This document shows, one piece after another, positions 18,361 to 26,994 of a stretch of 32,000 nucleotides of DNA. The DNA is taken from NCBI RefSeq assembly GCF_000020025.1, contig NC_010628.1:750001-782000 (forward strand), given 5' to 3'. Positions within the stretch are counted from its first letter, which is position 1; each line of letters begins with the position of its first letter. The notes under the pieces were generated by a model, which was not told the DNA's origin, did not search any database, and saw only the letters and a list, made by a program, of their open reading frames with translations. The position numbers and the translations under genes are program-made. This stretch comes from Nostoc punctiforme PCC 73102. Lineage in GTDB: Bacteria; Cyanobacteriota; Cyanobacteriia; Cyanobacteriales; Nostocaceae.

Positions 18361-18635
18361 AAATCTTTTTCCTGTGCCTTTTTTTACGAGATATCTATTT
18401 AACTACGGTATCTATATCTTTTTGCCGTGGTTTAGTAGTTCACACTACCACATTTATTTCTGCTGTGCATAGTTGCAGATGACACATGTAAATCACTTGC
18501 TTATCACGTTCTGGAATAGTATCAAAACTTTAGTCAAATATTGATTTCTGGTTGTTCTGACTGAATCTGACTGAATCAGGATGATAGCCAGCAAATATAA
18601 AATAATAATTAAATACACAGCCAAATTGAGCAGTA

Positions 18636-18661
18636 TTCCATTTTGGAACATGGAAATGGAA
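18636..18661. promoter_or_regulatory. Candidate LTTR-type operator: TTCCA-N3-TGGAA (T-N11-A) followed by two more TGGAA half-sites
   Basis: TTCCA TTT TGGAA CA TGGAA A TGGAA. It overlaps the 9-bp inverted repeat ATTCCATTT/AAATGGAAT (18635-18643 and 18654-18662). It lies in the divergent region between the two LLM genes. Confidence 0.3.
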
Positions 18662-18783
18662 TTTAAGTATATCAAGTCACGACATCGGAAAAATTCTCGT
18701 GATAAAGTCTGATTCATTAAAAACTACGGTAGTTCAGTCGGCTTATAGTATATTGCGACCATAAGAACCTGAAATTGTCTACT

Positions 18784-18805
18784 TGTAAACTCAGAGTAGT
18801 TTACA
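18784..18805. promoter_or_regulatory. Perfect 8-bp-arm palindrome TGTAAACT-N6-AGTTTACA
   Basis: Seen directly in the sequence, 226 bp upstream of the sfnG-like start. Candidate dimeric regulator site. Confidence 0.25.
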
Positions 18806-18965
18806 GCCGCTCTCAAGCTTTCAATTTTGATCAAAATTTTGCCCTATCATTCTCGTTCGGATGCAATAACTTTAACCTCTCTCCTAAAAGCAGAGAAGCT
18901 TTGAATCTTACTCCCCAACGCTAGCAGGAAAGGGGCTGCTCTTGTTGTATGTATTCCAAATATTT

Positions 18966-18993
18966 CCTCCTGCCTCCTGGCTCCTGCCTCCTT
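18966..18993. repeat. Heptamer tandem repeat CCTCCTG x4 (STRR-like)
   Basis: CCTCCTG CCTCCTG GCTCCTG CCTCCTT, in the 5' leader region of the sfnG-like gene. Confidence 0.6.
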
Positions 18994-19030
18994 TTACTAA
19001 CCAAGCAGTTTCAATTACAAACACACAATT

Positions 19031-20128
19031 ATGGTAGATATTAAGTTCGCATACTGGATTCCCAACGTTAGCGGTGGGTTAGTTGTTAGTAAAATTCCCC
19101 AACGAACAGATTGGACTTATGAATATAACGCTAAACTAGCTCAGACTGCTGAAGAAGTTGGATTTGAATATGCACTAGCACAAGCCAGATTTATCGCCAG
19201 CTATGGCGCTGAATATCAGTTAGAGGCATTAACAACCGTATCAGCCTTGGCTCCAGTTACCAAGAAATTAAAGCTAATTGCAGCAGTTCACCCTGGATTG
19301 TGGCATCCGGGAGTAGTGGCTAAAATCGGCTCTAGCATTGATTTTCTCTCTAACGGACGGTTCGCTCTGAATGTAGTTAGCGGCTGGTTCAAAGATGAAT
19401 TCACTATATATGGTGAACATTGGTTAGATCATGACGAATGCTATCGTCGTTCAGAAGAATTTATCCGCGTTCTCAAAGGTTTGTGGACTGAGGATGAGTT
19501 TCACTTTAAAGGCGATTTTTACCGCATTAACGGCGGTTGGGTGAAGCCTAAACCAGTTAATCAGAATCCACACCCGGAGATATTCCAAGGTGGTAATTCC
19601 AAAGCTGCGCGGCGCATGGCTGGTCGTGTCTCTGATTGGTATTTTATGAATGGCAACACCATAGAAGGGGTGCGAGAGCAGATTGAAGAAGTGTCTGCAT
19701 TAGCGCGTCAAGCAGGACGCAAAATTAAGTTTGGTCTGAATTCCTTTATCATCGTGCGAGATACAGAAGCAGAAGCCCATGAAGTATTGCGCGATATTAT
19801 TGCCCAAGCCGATGTAGAGGCGGTGAAAGGATTTGGTGAAGCAGTGAAACAAGCCGGATCTTCTACTCGTGAACGTCAGGGAATGTGGGCGAATTCCAAT
19901 TTTGAAGACTTGGTGCAATATAACGATGGGTTCCGTTCAGGCTTGATTGGCACTGCCGAGCAGGTGGCTGAAAAGATTCGCCAGTTTCATGAAGCGGGAG
20001 TTGATTTAATTCTCGGTGGCTTCTTACACTACACAGATGATTTACCTGCATTTGGTAAGACAGTAATTCCGATTGTGCGCGAACTTAAAGCTACTCGTCG
20101 GACAGCTGATGAGTTAGTTGGAGTATAG
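19031..20128 (+). CDS. sfnG: FMNH2-dependent dimethylsulfone monooxygenase-like LLM enzyme (SfnG family)
   Basis: The N-terminus IKFAYWIPNVSGGLVVSKIPQRTDW, NGRFALNVVSGWFKDEF, VSDWYFMNGN and FEDLVQYNDGF closely follow my recollection of Pseudomonas SfnG. Confidence 0.75.
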   Translation: MVDIKFAYWIPNVSGGLVVSKIPQRTDWTYEYNAKLAQTAEEVGFEYALAQARFIASYGAEYQLEALTTVSALAPVTKKLKLIAAVHPGLWHPGVVAKIGSSIDFLSNGRFALNVVSGWFKDEFTIYGEHWLDHDECYRRSEEFIRVLKGLWTEDEFHFKGDFYRINGGWVKPKPVNQNPHPEIFQGGNSKAARRMAGRVSDWYFMNGNTIEGVREQIEEVSALARQAGRKIKFGLNSFIIVRDTEAEAHEVLRDIIAQADVEAVKGFGEAVKQAGSSTRERQGMWANSNFEDLVQYNDGFRSGLIGTAEQVAEKIRQFHEAGVDLILGGFLHYTDDLPAFGKTVIPIVRELKATRRTADELVGV

Positions 20129-20239
20129 ATCATACGGTTCGGTTTAAGGGCAAGATGTCCATCCCTCAAATGGGTATTTCGCGTTGTCTCATAGGAGTGG
20201 CGATTATGAGTCACTCAATCACAATCAAGGAGTTTTACC

Positions 20240-21448
20240 ATGACATCAGTAATTAATACTGGTCAGAAGGCGCATATTATTCGAGATGACAAAGAAGCGA
20301 TCGCGATCGCTCACGAATTAGCAGCTGAGTTTGCCAAGGGAGACTCAGAACGCGACCAAAATCGGCGTTTACCTGCTGAGGAAGTAGAAAAGTTCTCCCA
20401 GAGTGGATTGTGGGGAATTACGGTTCCTCAAGAGTATGGTGGGGCTTTTGTATCAAATGCAACCCTAGCAGAAGTAATTAAAATCATCTCCGAAGCTGAT
20501 TCTAGCCTCGGTCAAATTCCCCAAAACCACCTTTATATGGTGGAAGCAGTTCGGTTGGATGGCACTGATGAGCAGAAAAAGTTCTTCTTTGATTTGGTTC
20601 TACAAGGTAAACGCTTTGGTAACGCTTTCTCGGAAGTAGGTACTAAGTCTGTTAATGATGTGCAGACAAAGTTACAACCAGATGGATCTGACTTCGTACT
20701 TAATGGACGTAAATACTACTCTGCTGGGGCATTGCTAGCACATTGGGTTCCTGTCATTGCCAGTAATCCAGATGGTAAAACAGTGGTGGCATTTGTCGAA
20801 AGAGATGCCGAAGGATTAACCCTACTCGATGACTGGACGAGCTTTGGACAGCGTACCACCGCTAGCGGCACTACCATTATTGAAAATGTGAAAGTTAAGG
20901 CAGAACACGTGATTCCGCACTACTTAGCTTTTGAACGGGCGACACCAATGGGTGCGATCGCGCAAATCATCCAAGCCGCCGTAGATGTGGAAATTGCCAA
21001 AGCCGCAGTCCGTGACACCATTCACTTTGTGCGTAAATATACTCGCCCTTGGGTTGACAGCAATTTAGAAAAAGGTTACGAAGACCCCCTGACACTGTAC
21101 AACTTAGGCAATGTCCAAATTCAGGTTCACGCTTCTGAAGCATTGCTGCGTCGTGCAGGTGAATTTCTTGACATCGCCAACGAGTCAGGTTTAGAAGAAC
21201 TCAAGGTAGTTGAAGCATCGATCGCAGTTGCTGAAGCCAAAGCCTTAGCCACCGAAGCAGCATTACTAGCTACCAACAAATTGTTTGAACTAGCAGGTAC
21301 TAAGTCCACATTGGAGGAATTCAACTACAATCGCCACTGGCGAAATGCCCGCGCTCACACACTCCACGATCCCGTGCGTTGGAAGTACTACGCTGTTGGT
21401 AACTACTTTCTCAATGGTGTCTATCCCCCGCGCCATCCTTGGTTGTAA
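20240..21448 (+). CDS. Acyl-CoA dehydrogenase-fold sulfur-acquisition oxidoreductase (SfnB/DszC-like)
   Basis: 402 aa with an ACAD fold and the C-terminal signature NRHWRNARAHTLHDPVRWK typical of the SfnB family. An AAGGAG RBS lies 6 nt upstream of the ATG. Confidence 0.75.
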   Translation: MTSVINTGQKAHIIRDDKEAIAIAHELAAEFAKGDSERDQNRRLPAEEVEKFSQSGLWGITVPQEYGGAFVSNATLAEVIKIISEADSSLGQIPQNHLYMVEAVRLDGTDEQKKFFFDLVLQGKRFGNAFSEVGTKSVNDVQTKLQPDGSDFVLNGRKYYSAGALLAHWVPVIASNPDGKTVVAFVERDAEGLTLLDDWTSFGQRTTASGTTIIENVKVKAEHVIPHYLAFERATPMGAIAQIIQAAVDVEIAKAAVRDTIHFVRKYTRPWVDSNLEKGYEDPLTLYNLGNVQIQVHASEALLRRAGEFLDIANESGLEELKVVEASIAVAEAKALATEAALLATNKLFELAGTKSTLEEFNYNRHWRNARAHTLHDPVRWKYYAVGNYFLNGVYPPRHPWL

Positions 21449-21541
21449 TTGCCGCATTCTCTACTGGGGTGAAGCTTTCAGAATTAACATTTACCAGAAT
21501 GCTTTACCCCTAATAAATCCAACATTCTTTAAGTTGATACG

Positions 21542-21709
21542 ATGAGCGTTGCAAACCCAACCCAGAGGCGGAGCATTTGGAAAAGCCAGCCATTTAAAGG
21601 ACTGCTTTTCATTGCTATAATTGCTGTCATTAGCTATATTTTTGAACTCATCTTTGGTCAAGTTATTCAACTGAATGTGGGAACAAAGTTGACTTACATC
21701 ATGATGTAA
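21542..21709 (+). CDS. Candidate small membrane protein (55 aa), not in the supplied ORF track
   Basis: The ATG..TAA frame reads MSVANPTQRRSIWKSQPFKGLLFIAIIAVISYIFELIFGQVIQLNVGTKLTYIMM. It has a basic N-terminus followed by one TM-length hydrophobic helix and fills a 340-bp gap inside the apparent operon. No clear RBS. Confidence 0.3.
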   Translation: MSVANPTQRRSIWKSQPFKGLLFIAIIAVISYIFELIFGQVIQLNVGTKLTYIMM

Positions 21710-21787
21710 AACTATTTTAAATTCAAAGTTTTCCAGTTAAATTTATAGTTACTTCTCACAAGAAAGTTATAGGAGAAGTGGTAAAGT

Positions 21788-22939
21788 ATGCAATTAATCG
21801 AAACGAAAGAGTCTCAAAATTATCTTGATTTAGCTAAGTCTTTAGCAAAAGAATTTGCCCAAACTGCTGTAGAGCGGGATGCTCAAGGGGGCACACCAAA
21901 ACATGAACGCGATCGCTTGCGCCAAAGCAACTTACTGAAACTGATCGTACCCACAGAATTCGGTGGTTTAGGGCAAAGCTGGATTACTGTTCTGCAAATT
22001 ACCCGCGAGTTTGCCAAAGTTGATAGCTCTATTGCTCACGTCTTTTCTTACCACCATCTAGGTGTAGTAATCCCTCATATCTTTGGTTCAGCACAGCAAA
22101 AACAGCGATATTACTCAGAAACTATTCACAACAATTGGTTTTGGTGCAATGCTCTTAACCCATTAGATAAAAGAACTACTCTGACACCAGAAAATGATTA
22201 TTTCCGTCTCAACGGCATTAAAAGCTTTTGCTCTGGCTCTCAAGACTCGGATATATTGCCGATTACTGCCACTCATCAAGAAACTAATGAATTGAATATT
22301 CTGGTAATTCCCACCCAACGGCAAGGCGTTACAGTTCATGATGATTGGGATAATATGGGGCAACGCCAAACAGACAGTGGTAGTGTTACTTTTGAAAATG
22401 TGTTGGTATACCCTGAAGAAATTCTTGGTAGTAGAAACAAAGCCAATCAACCCTTCAATACTATTCGTGCCTGCTTGACTCAATTGAATCTTGCTAATAT
22501 CTACCTGGGAATTGCACAGGGAGTATTTGAAGCTGCTAAAACATATACTTCCACTAATACCAAACCTTGGCTGACATCAGGTGTAGAGAGTGCAACCCAA
22601 GATCCTTACATCCTTCAGCACTATGGCAAAATCTGGGTTGATCTCCAAGCAGCCGTGTATCTTACTGAGCAGGCGGGAGAATTACTACAAGCAGCTTGGG
22701 AGCAGGAATGGTCACTTACCGCCGAACAACGGGCAGAATGTGCGCTCTTAGTTGCTACTGCCAAAGTCTTCGCAACTAAAGTTGGTTTAGACATTACCAA
22801 CCGAATATTTGAAGTTATGGGCGCACGCGCTACTAGTGCCAAATATGGCTTTGATCGTTATTGGCGTAATCTCCGCACGTTCACTTTGCACGATCCAGTA
22901 GATTACAAAATCCAAGAGATTGGAAAGTGGGCATTATAA
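21788..22939 (+). CDS. Acyl-CoA dehydrogenase-fold oxidoreductase (SfnB/DszC-like paralog)
   Basis: 383 aa with C-terminal FDRYWRNLRTFTLHDPVDYK, parallel to the upstream paralog. A GGAGAAG RBS region is present. Confidence 0.75.
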   Translation: MQLIETKESQNYLDLAKSLAKEFAQTAVERDAQGGTPKHERDRLRQSNLLKLIVPTEFGGLGQSWITVLQITREFAKVDSSIAHVFSYHHLGVVIPHIFGSAQQKQRYYSETIHNNWFWCNALNPLDKRTTLTPENDYFRLNGIKSFCSGSQDSDILPITATHQETNELNILVIPTQRQGVTVHDDWDNMGQRQTDSGSVTFENVLVYPEEILGSRNKANQPFNTIRACLTQLNLANIYLGIAQGVFEAAKTYTSTNTKPWLTSGVESATQDPYILQHYGKIWVDLQAAVYLTEQAGELLQAAWEQEWSLTAEQRAECALLVATAKVFATKVGLDITNRIFEVMGARATSAKYGFDRYWRNLRTFTLHDPVDYKIQEIGKWAL

Positions 22940-23039
22940 TGATGAATTGCCAAAACCCAACTTTTATTCATAGTTACAGGGATTGTTTCATTAAGCTAAA
23001 GGCGCTCATGTTGCCCACTCCACAAGATTGGATAGTTTA

Positions 23040-24275
23040 TTATGAAGCGATTAAGTTCTTGAGGGCATCTTGAGCATCAGTGTTTTCTGGGTCTATTTGC
23101 AGCACTTCTCGAAAAACTGCTGCCGCCTCTTGTTTTGAACCATCACCAGATTCACCATAAGAAATATCTCTGCCAAGTTTGATGTAAAGTTCTGCCATTT
23201 GGCGACGTGGTATTAGATTCGCCAAAGGCTGATAAAATTCCATGACAGCAGGAAAGCCTTTTTGCTTGTAAAGTGGCAAGCTAATATTTGAGCAGGTGTC
23301 ATAACTGCCTTCACCAATTTTTACCACCTTCTGGCAATTTGCCAAGGCTTCATCTAGGTTTCCGTGTTGAGCTAGTGCTTCATTTAATTTACTGTAATAA
23401 TAATCAGTGGGTTTTGCGGCAACGGCTTGGCGGTAAAGAGCGATCGCTTCTTGGTGTTTTTCTTGTGTCATCAGCACATCACCCAGTTCTACATACCTTG
23501 AAGCTTCAGGCTCGATTTTAATTAATTGGCGGTAGGCTGCGATCGCTTCGTTTACAAAACCGCGCTTTAATGAAAGTTCAGCTAACCTTTCGTAATAAAC
23601 CTCATTTTTTGGGTCATTTTTACTCGCTTGGCGATAGATTGCGACTGCTTCGGAATATTCGAGAATATCACCCAGGCTGCTGTATGCTTGATAGCTCTTT
23701 GGGTTAATTATTAGGGCTTCTCGGTAAGCAGCTATCGCTTCTTCTCGTTTGCCTATTTTGAAGAGGGTATCGGCTAAATTGTTGTAATTATCGTCATCAG
23801 GCTCGATTTTAATCGCTTGACGATAAGCCACTACTGCTTCCTCTGGATTGCCCATTGCTATCAAATTCATCGCTAAAATGATGGAAGCTGTATCACTTTT
23901 AGCATCGAGTTTGACAGCTTGGCGAAAAGCAGCGATCGCTTCTGCGGTTCGTCCCTTTTCAACCAGAAAATTACCAAGTTTGAGGTAAATCGCCGCATCA
24001 GGAGTTAATTGCAACCCTTGACGATAAGCAGCAATCGTCTCTGCAATCTTGCCTTGGGAAGATAGAATGTCTGCTAGCTTGATGTAGGCATAGCTGTTTT
24101 TGGAATCCCGTTCAATCAAACTCCGCCAAATATTAGCAGCTTCTTGATAATTTTTCACTTCTTCGGCAGATGTCGCTTTTTGTTCCAACTCCTCTACTGT
24201 TTGCGCCACAGTAATTTGAGGAATCAAAACCAAACCTAAACTCAATAAAAACGGCAATATTTTCCAGCTAACCAT
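23040..24275 (-). CDS. Secreted tetratricopeptide (TPR) repeat protein
   Basis: Signal-like N-terminus MVSWKILPFLLSLGLVLIPQITVAQT, then about 9 repeats of the A-I-A-A-Y-R-Q-A pattern spaced about 34 aa apart. Confidence 0.8.
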   Translation of the reverse strand: MVSWKILPFLLSLGLVLIPQITVAQTVEELEQKATSAEEVKNYQEAANIWRSLIERDSKNSYAYIKLADILSSQGKIAETIAAYRQGLQLTPDAAIYLKLGNFLVEKGRTAEAIAAFRQAVKLDAKSDTASIILAMNLIAMGNPEEAVVAYRQAIKIEPDDDNYNNLADTLFKIGKREEAIAAYREALIINPKSYQAYSSLGDILEYSEAVAIYRQASKNDPKNEVYYERLAELSLKRGFVNEAIAAYRQLIKIEPEASRYVELGDVLMTQEKHQEAIALYRQAVAAKPTDYYYSKLNEALAQHGNLDEALANCQKVVKIGEGSYDTCSNISLPLYKQKGFPAVMEFYQPLANLIPRRQMAELYIKLGRDISYGESGDGSKQEAAAVFREVLQIDPENTDAQDALKNLIAS

Positions 24276-24382
24276 AGACTTTCAGCTTAAAATAACTAAG
24301 TCAATCTTCAAACCAAGCTTAATCTCAGTATTTAAGTTTGTAACCCGTAAAACTTCTCATACTGAGGAAATCAGGCAAAAAT

Positions 24383-25423
24383 ATGGCAACGAAAATTCCT
24401 GTCACAGTGATTACAGGCTTCTTAGGTAGTGGAAAAACCAGCCTAATTCGCCACCTGCTACAAAATAACCAAGGTCGTCGCATTGCCGTTTTAGTCAATG
24501 AATTTGGCGAACTCGGTATTGATGGCGAATTATTAAAATCCTGTCAAATTTGCCCCGAAGATGGTGAGGGCGACACTAATATCTTTGAATTAACCAACGG
24601 CTGCTTATGTTGCACCGTGCAGGAAGAGTTTTACCCAACGATGCAAGAGTTAATCAAGCGGCGAGATAGCATCGACTGCATTTTGATTGAAACCTCTGGT
24701 TTAGCTTTACCAAAACCATTGGTGAAGGCTTTTCGCTGGCAAGAAATTCGCAACGCCGCCACTGTGGATGCAGTAATTACGGTGGTAGATTGTGCGGCGG
24801 TAGCAGCAGGGACATTTGCTAGCGATCCAGATGCGATCGCAGCCCAACGGCAAGCAGATGATAATCTAGAACACGAAACACCCTTACAAGAATTGTTTGA
24901 AGACCAACTTGCTTGTGCAGACTTAGTGGTGTTAAATAAAATTGACTTGGTAGATGCTGAGACAAAAGCCAGAGTTGAGGAATTGATTAAGCAAGAGTTG
25001 CCCAGAGTGGTGAAAATTGTCGAGAGCGACCGTTCTCAACTAGACGCATCTATATTATTAGGATTCCAAGCCGCAGTGGAAGACAATTTAGATTCTCGTC
25101 CTAGTCATCACGATACCGAAGAAGACCACAATCACGACGAAGAAATTATCTCAACTAATTTAGTTTTGGATCGTACCTTTGATCCAGAAAAGCTGCAACA
25201 GCAGTTAGAGAAATTAGCACAACAACAAGAAATTTACCGGATTAAAGGCTTTGTGGCAGTGCCAAATAAATCCATGCGCTTAGTCATGCAAGGCGTGGGA
25301 ACTCGATTTGATAAATTTTACGATCGCCCCTGGAAACCCGAAGAAGCTAGGCAAACACGCTTAGTTTTTATCGGACGTGATTTGAAATCTTCAGAAATCG
25401 AATCTCAACTTGTAGCTTTATAA
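24383..25423 (+). CDS. G3E-family GTPase, COG0523/CobW-like putative metallochaperone
   Basis: P-loop GFLGSGKT, metal motif GCLCCT and NKIDL. The acidic/His-rich linker is SRPSHHDTEEDHNHDEE, and a CobW C-terminal domain is present. Confidence 0.85.
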   Translation: MATKIPVTVITGFLGSGKTSLIRHLLQNNQGRRIAVLVNEFGELGIDGELLKSCQICPEDGEGDTNIFELTNGCLCCTVQEEFYPTMQELIKRRDSIDCILIETSGLALPKPLVKAFRWQEIRNAATVDAVITVVDCAAVAAGTFASDPDAIAAQRQADDNLEHETPLQELFEDQLACADLVVLNKIDLVDAETKARVEELIKQELPRVVKIVESDRSQLDASILLGFQAAVEDNLDSRPSHHDTEEDHNHDEEIISTNLVLDRTFDPEKLQQQLEKLAQQQEIYRIKGFVAVPNKSMRLVMQGVGTRFDKFYDRPWKPEEARQTRLVFIGRDLKSSEIESQLVAL

Positions 25424-25431
25424 GTATACCC

Positions 25432-25464
25432 AGATCCTCGACTTCTTAAATAAGTCGGGGATCT
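25432..25464 (+). terminator. Stem-loop after the COG0523 gene
   Basis: AGATCCTCGACTT (25432-25444) pairs with AAGTCGGGGATCT (25452-25464) at 12 of 13 positions, with a 7-nt loop. There is no T-tract, so it may instead be a copy of a dispersed hairpin repeat. Confidence 0.4.
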
Positions 25465-25544
25465 ATATCGTGAGAGATACAAGTTAAGAATAATTAGTTA
25501 ATTTAAAACAAATAATAACTGAAAACTTTTCACCTTACAAAAAT

Positions 25545-26015
25545 ATGACAATCTCTCAAATTTTTAACTTCGCAAACCTTTTTGTGTTGCCATTTTGGGC
25601 GTTGATGATTTTATTGCCAAACTGGAAAGTTACACGGCAGATAATGTCATCATATTTGCCATTTGTGCTGTTAGCTGGCGCATATTTGTATTTGTTTATC
25701 AGCAGTATTACGCCAGAAAATGCCCAAGCTTTATCGAATCCTCAATTAACTGATATTGCGCGATTTTTTACAGATGAAACTGCTGCTGCAACAGGTTGGA
25801 TTCATTTTCTAGTGATGGATTTATTCGTCGGTCGTTGGATTTATTGGGAAGGGCAAAAAACAGGTGTTTGGACAATTCACTCTCTTGCACTGTGTTTATT
25901 TGCTGGCCCTATGGGATTACTGTCTCATATCTTGACTTACTGGATTGCTAAGACATTTTTCCCCAATTTTCAGCAGAATGAAACGGTGACAGTAGAAGAA
26001 AAAGCTACTTCATAA
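25545..26015 (+). CDS. ABA4-like / DUF4281 membrane protein
   Basis: 156 aa with four hydrophobic segments. The N-terminus FNFANLFVLPFWALMILLPNW and the WIHFLVMDLFVGRW pattern match what I recall for this family. Confidence 0.65.
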   Translation: MTISQIFNFANLFVLPFWALMILLPNWKVTRQIMSSYLPFVLLAGAYLYLFISSITPENAQALSNPQLTDIARFFTDETAAATGWIHFLVMDLFVGRWIYWEGQKTGVWTIHSLALCLFAGPMGLLSHILTYWIAKTFFPNFQQNETVTVEEKATS

Positions 26016-26020
26016 TCTGG

Positions 26021-26044
26021 CAGCTATTTTCAGGTAAATAGCTG
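26021..26044 (+). terminator. Perfect 9-bp stem-loop 5 nt after the DUF4281 stop
   Basis: CAGCTATTT-TCAGGT-AAATAGCTG. Confidence 0.4.
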
Positions 26045-26049
26045 TAATG

Positions 26050-26160
26050 GAATTCGCGGCTACACACGCAAAGTCCGCCTTTCCTGCGGAACGCTACGCG
26101 AACGCAGACTAAGAAAGAATTAAGGGTATGAAACTCACGGAGGTGGGAGTGTAGACGCGG
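26050..26160. repeat. Degenerate palindromic (MITE-like) intergenic element
   Basis: The ends CGCGGCTACAC... (26055-) and ...GTGTAGACGCG (-26159) are inverted copies, matching at 10 of 11 positions. The interior is GC-rich, unlike the flanks. Confidence 0.3.
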
Positions 26161-26189
26161 TTTTTAACTGCCCTTTTAGCTATTAATCA

Positions 26190-26405
26190 TTAAGCGTTGT
26201 CGTGTCTATAGTCGGCATCTAACCAACAGCGTGGTAAAACTTCACCTGAAGGAAAAACGAGATTTTCTTTTTTAAAACTTTCAGGTTGCTGTTCTTCTTG
26301 ACCTTCTTGGTCTTTTGCGTGAACAACATCATTATTCGGGTCAAGTAATTCCTGAATTTCAAGAATCTTGACTAATTCGCCACTATCTTTGACTTGTAAA
26401 AGCAT
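26190..26405 (-). CDS. Small conserved hypothetical protein (71 aa)
   Basis: Isolated ORF with an acidic middle and the C-terminal pattern FPSGEVLPRCWLDADY. I believe similar small proteins occur in other cyanobacteria, but this is unverified. Confidence 0.45.
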   Translation of the reverse strand: MLLQVKDSGELVKILEIQELLDPNNDVVHAKDQEGQEEQQPESFKKENLVFPSGEVLPRCWLDADYRHDNA

Positions 26406-26685
26406 AGAAATTGCCTCAATGAGTTTGCATGAAAGTTCAAAGCGAGTCTCAATATAAACTCGCTCAAATCTAAACTGATTTTGAACGCGGATATCCCTTA
26501 ATTGTTAAAGGAAATTTTTATCAGAAATCGACACAGAAATTACACGAGATTTATCTGTGTGTATCTGTAGAGTTAATTTTTATAAAATAGACAGAGCAAA
26601 CATATACCTAATTCAGCAACTAAAATTGAATTAGGAAATGCTGATTAATAAAATTGTCAACCTAAGATAATCTGGGTTTTAATGA

Positions 26686-26994
26686 TTAGAACTCACTTTG
26701 ATATTTTTCCAAAATATCAACTAAATTAACCTGGCATTGCAGTGGCAGTAAATCGATTAAAGGAATTTCACTTCTACCGCCGCCAATTTTTACTGAAATC
26801 GATTCCAAGACTTTTAAAACTTGGTCTTCATTTACGCTGTTGGAAGTAATTAAAGGATACAGTCGTTCGGCAACAAGGGTATGCAGTTTGGCATTGGATA
26901 GATAAAGATGCCATTTGGCAATGTCTATGTAGACATTTTCGCCAATTTCAGCTGCTAGGGCTTCCAGTAGTTCTGTGGTGTTAGTCTTAGCCAT
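26686..26994 (-). CDS. Conserved hypothetical protein (102 aa)
   Basis: Clean isolated ORF with host-like codon usage. Family not confidently recognised. Confidence 0.5.
   Translation of the reverse strand: MAKTNTTELLEALAAEIGENVYIDIAKWHLYLSNAKLHTLVAERLYPLITSNSVNEDQVLKVLESISVKIGGGRSEIPLIDLLPLQCQVNLVDILEKYQSEF

Noticed and set aside
18493-18717. 74-aa ORF in the divergent region between the two LLM genes.
   Set aside because: It sits in AT-rich intergenic sequence, has an atypical I/L/N-rich composition and overlaps the palindrome array. It is more likely regulatory DNA than a gene.
19700-22842. Antisense ORFs inside the sulfur-cluster genes: 19700..19918, 19863..20051, 20029..20214, 21127..21324, 22163..22483 and 22621..22842. 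Also the + ORF 21345..21545.
   Set aside because: The antisense ORFs are contained in, or overlap, strongly supported LLM/ACAD genes. ORF 21345..21545 is an out-of-frame overlap of the ACAD 3' end.
24276-24382. A Zur/Fur box upstream of the COG0523 GTPase.
   Set aside because: Reading both strands, I found no AT-rich 7-1-7 palindrome of the Fur-family type. This cannot be excluded without a matrix scan.
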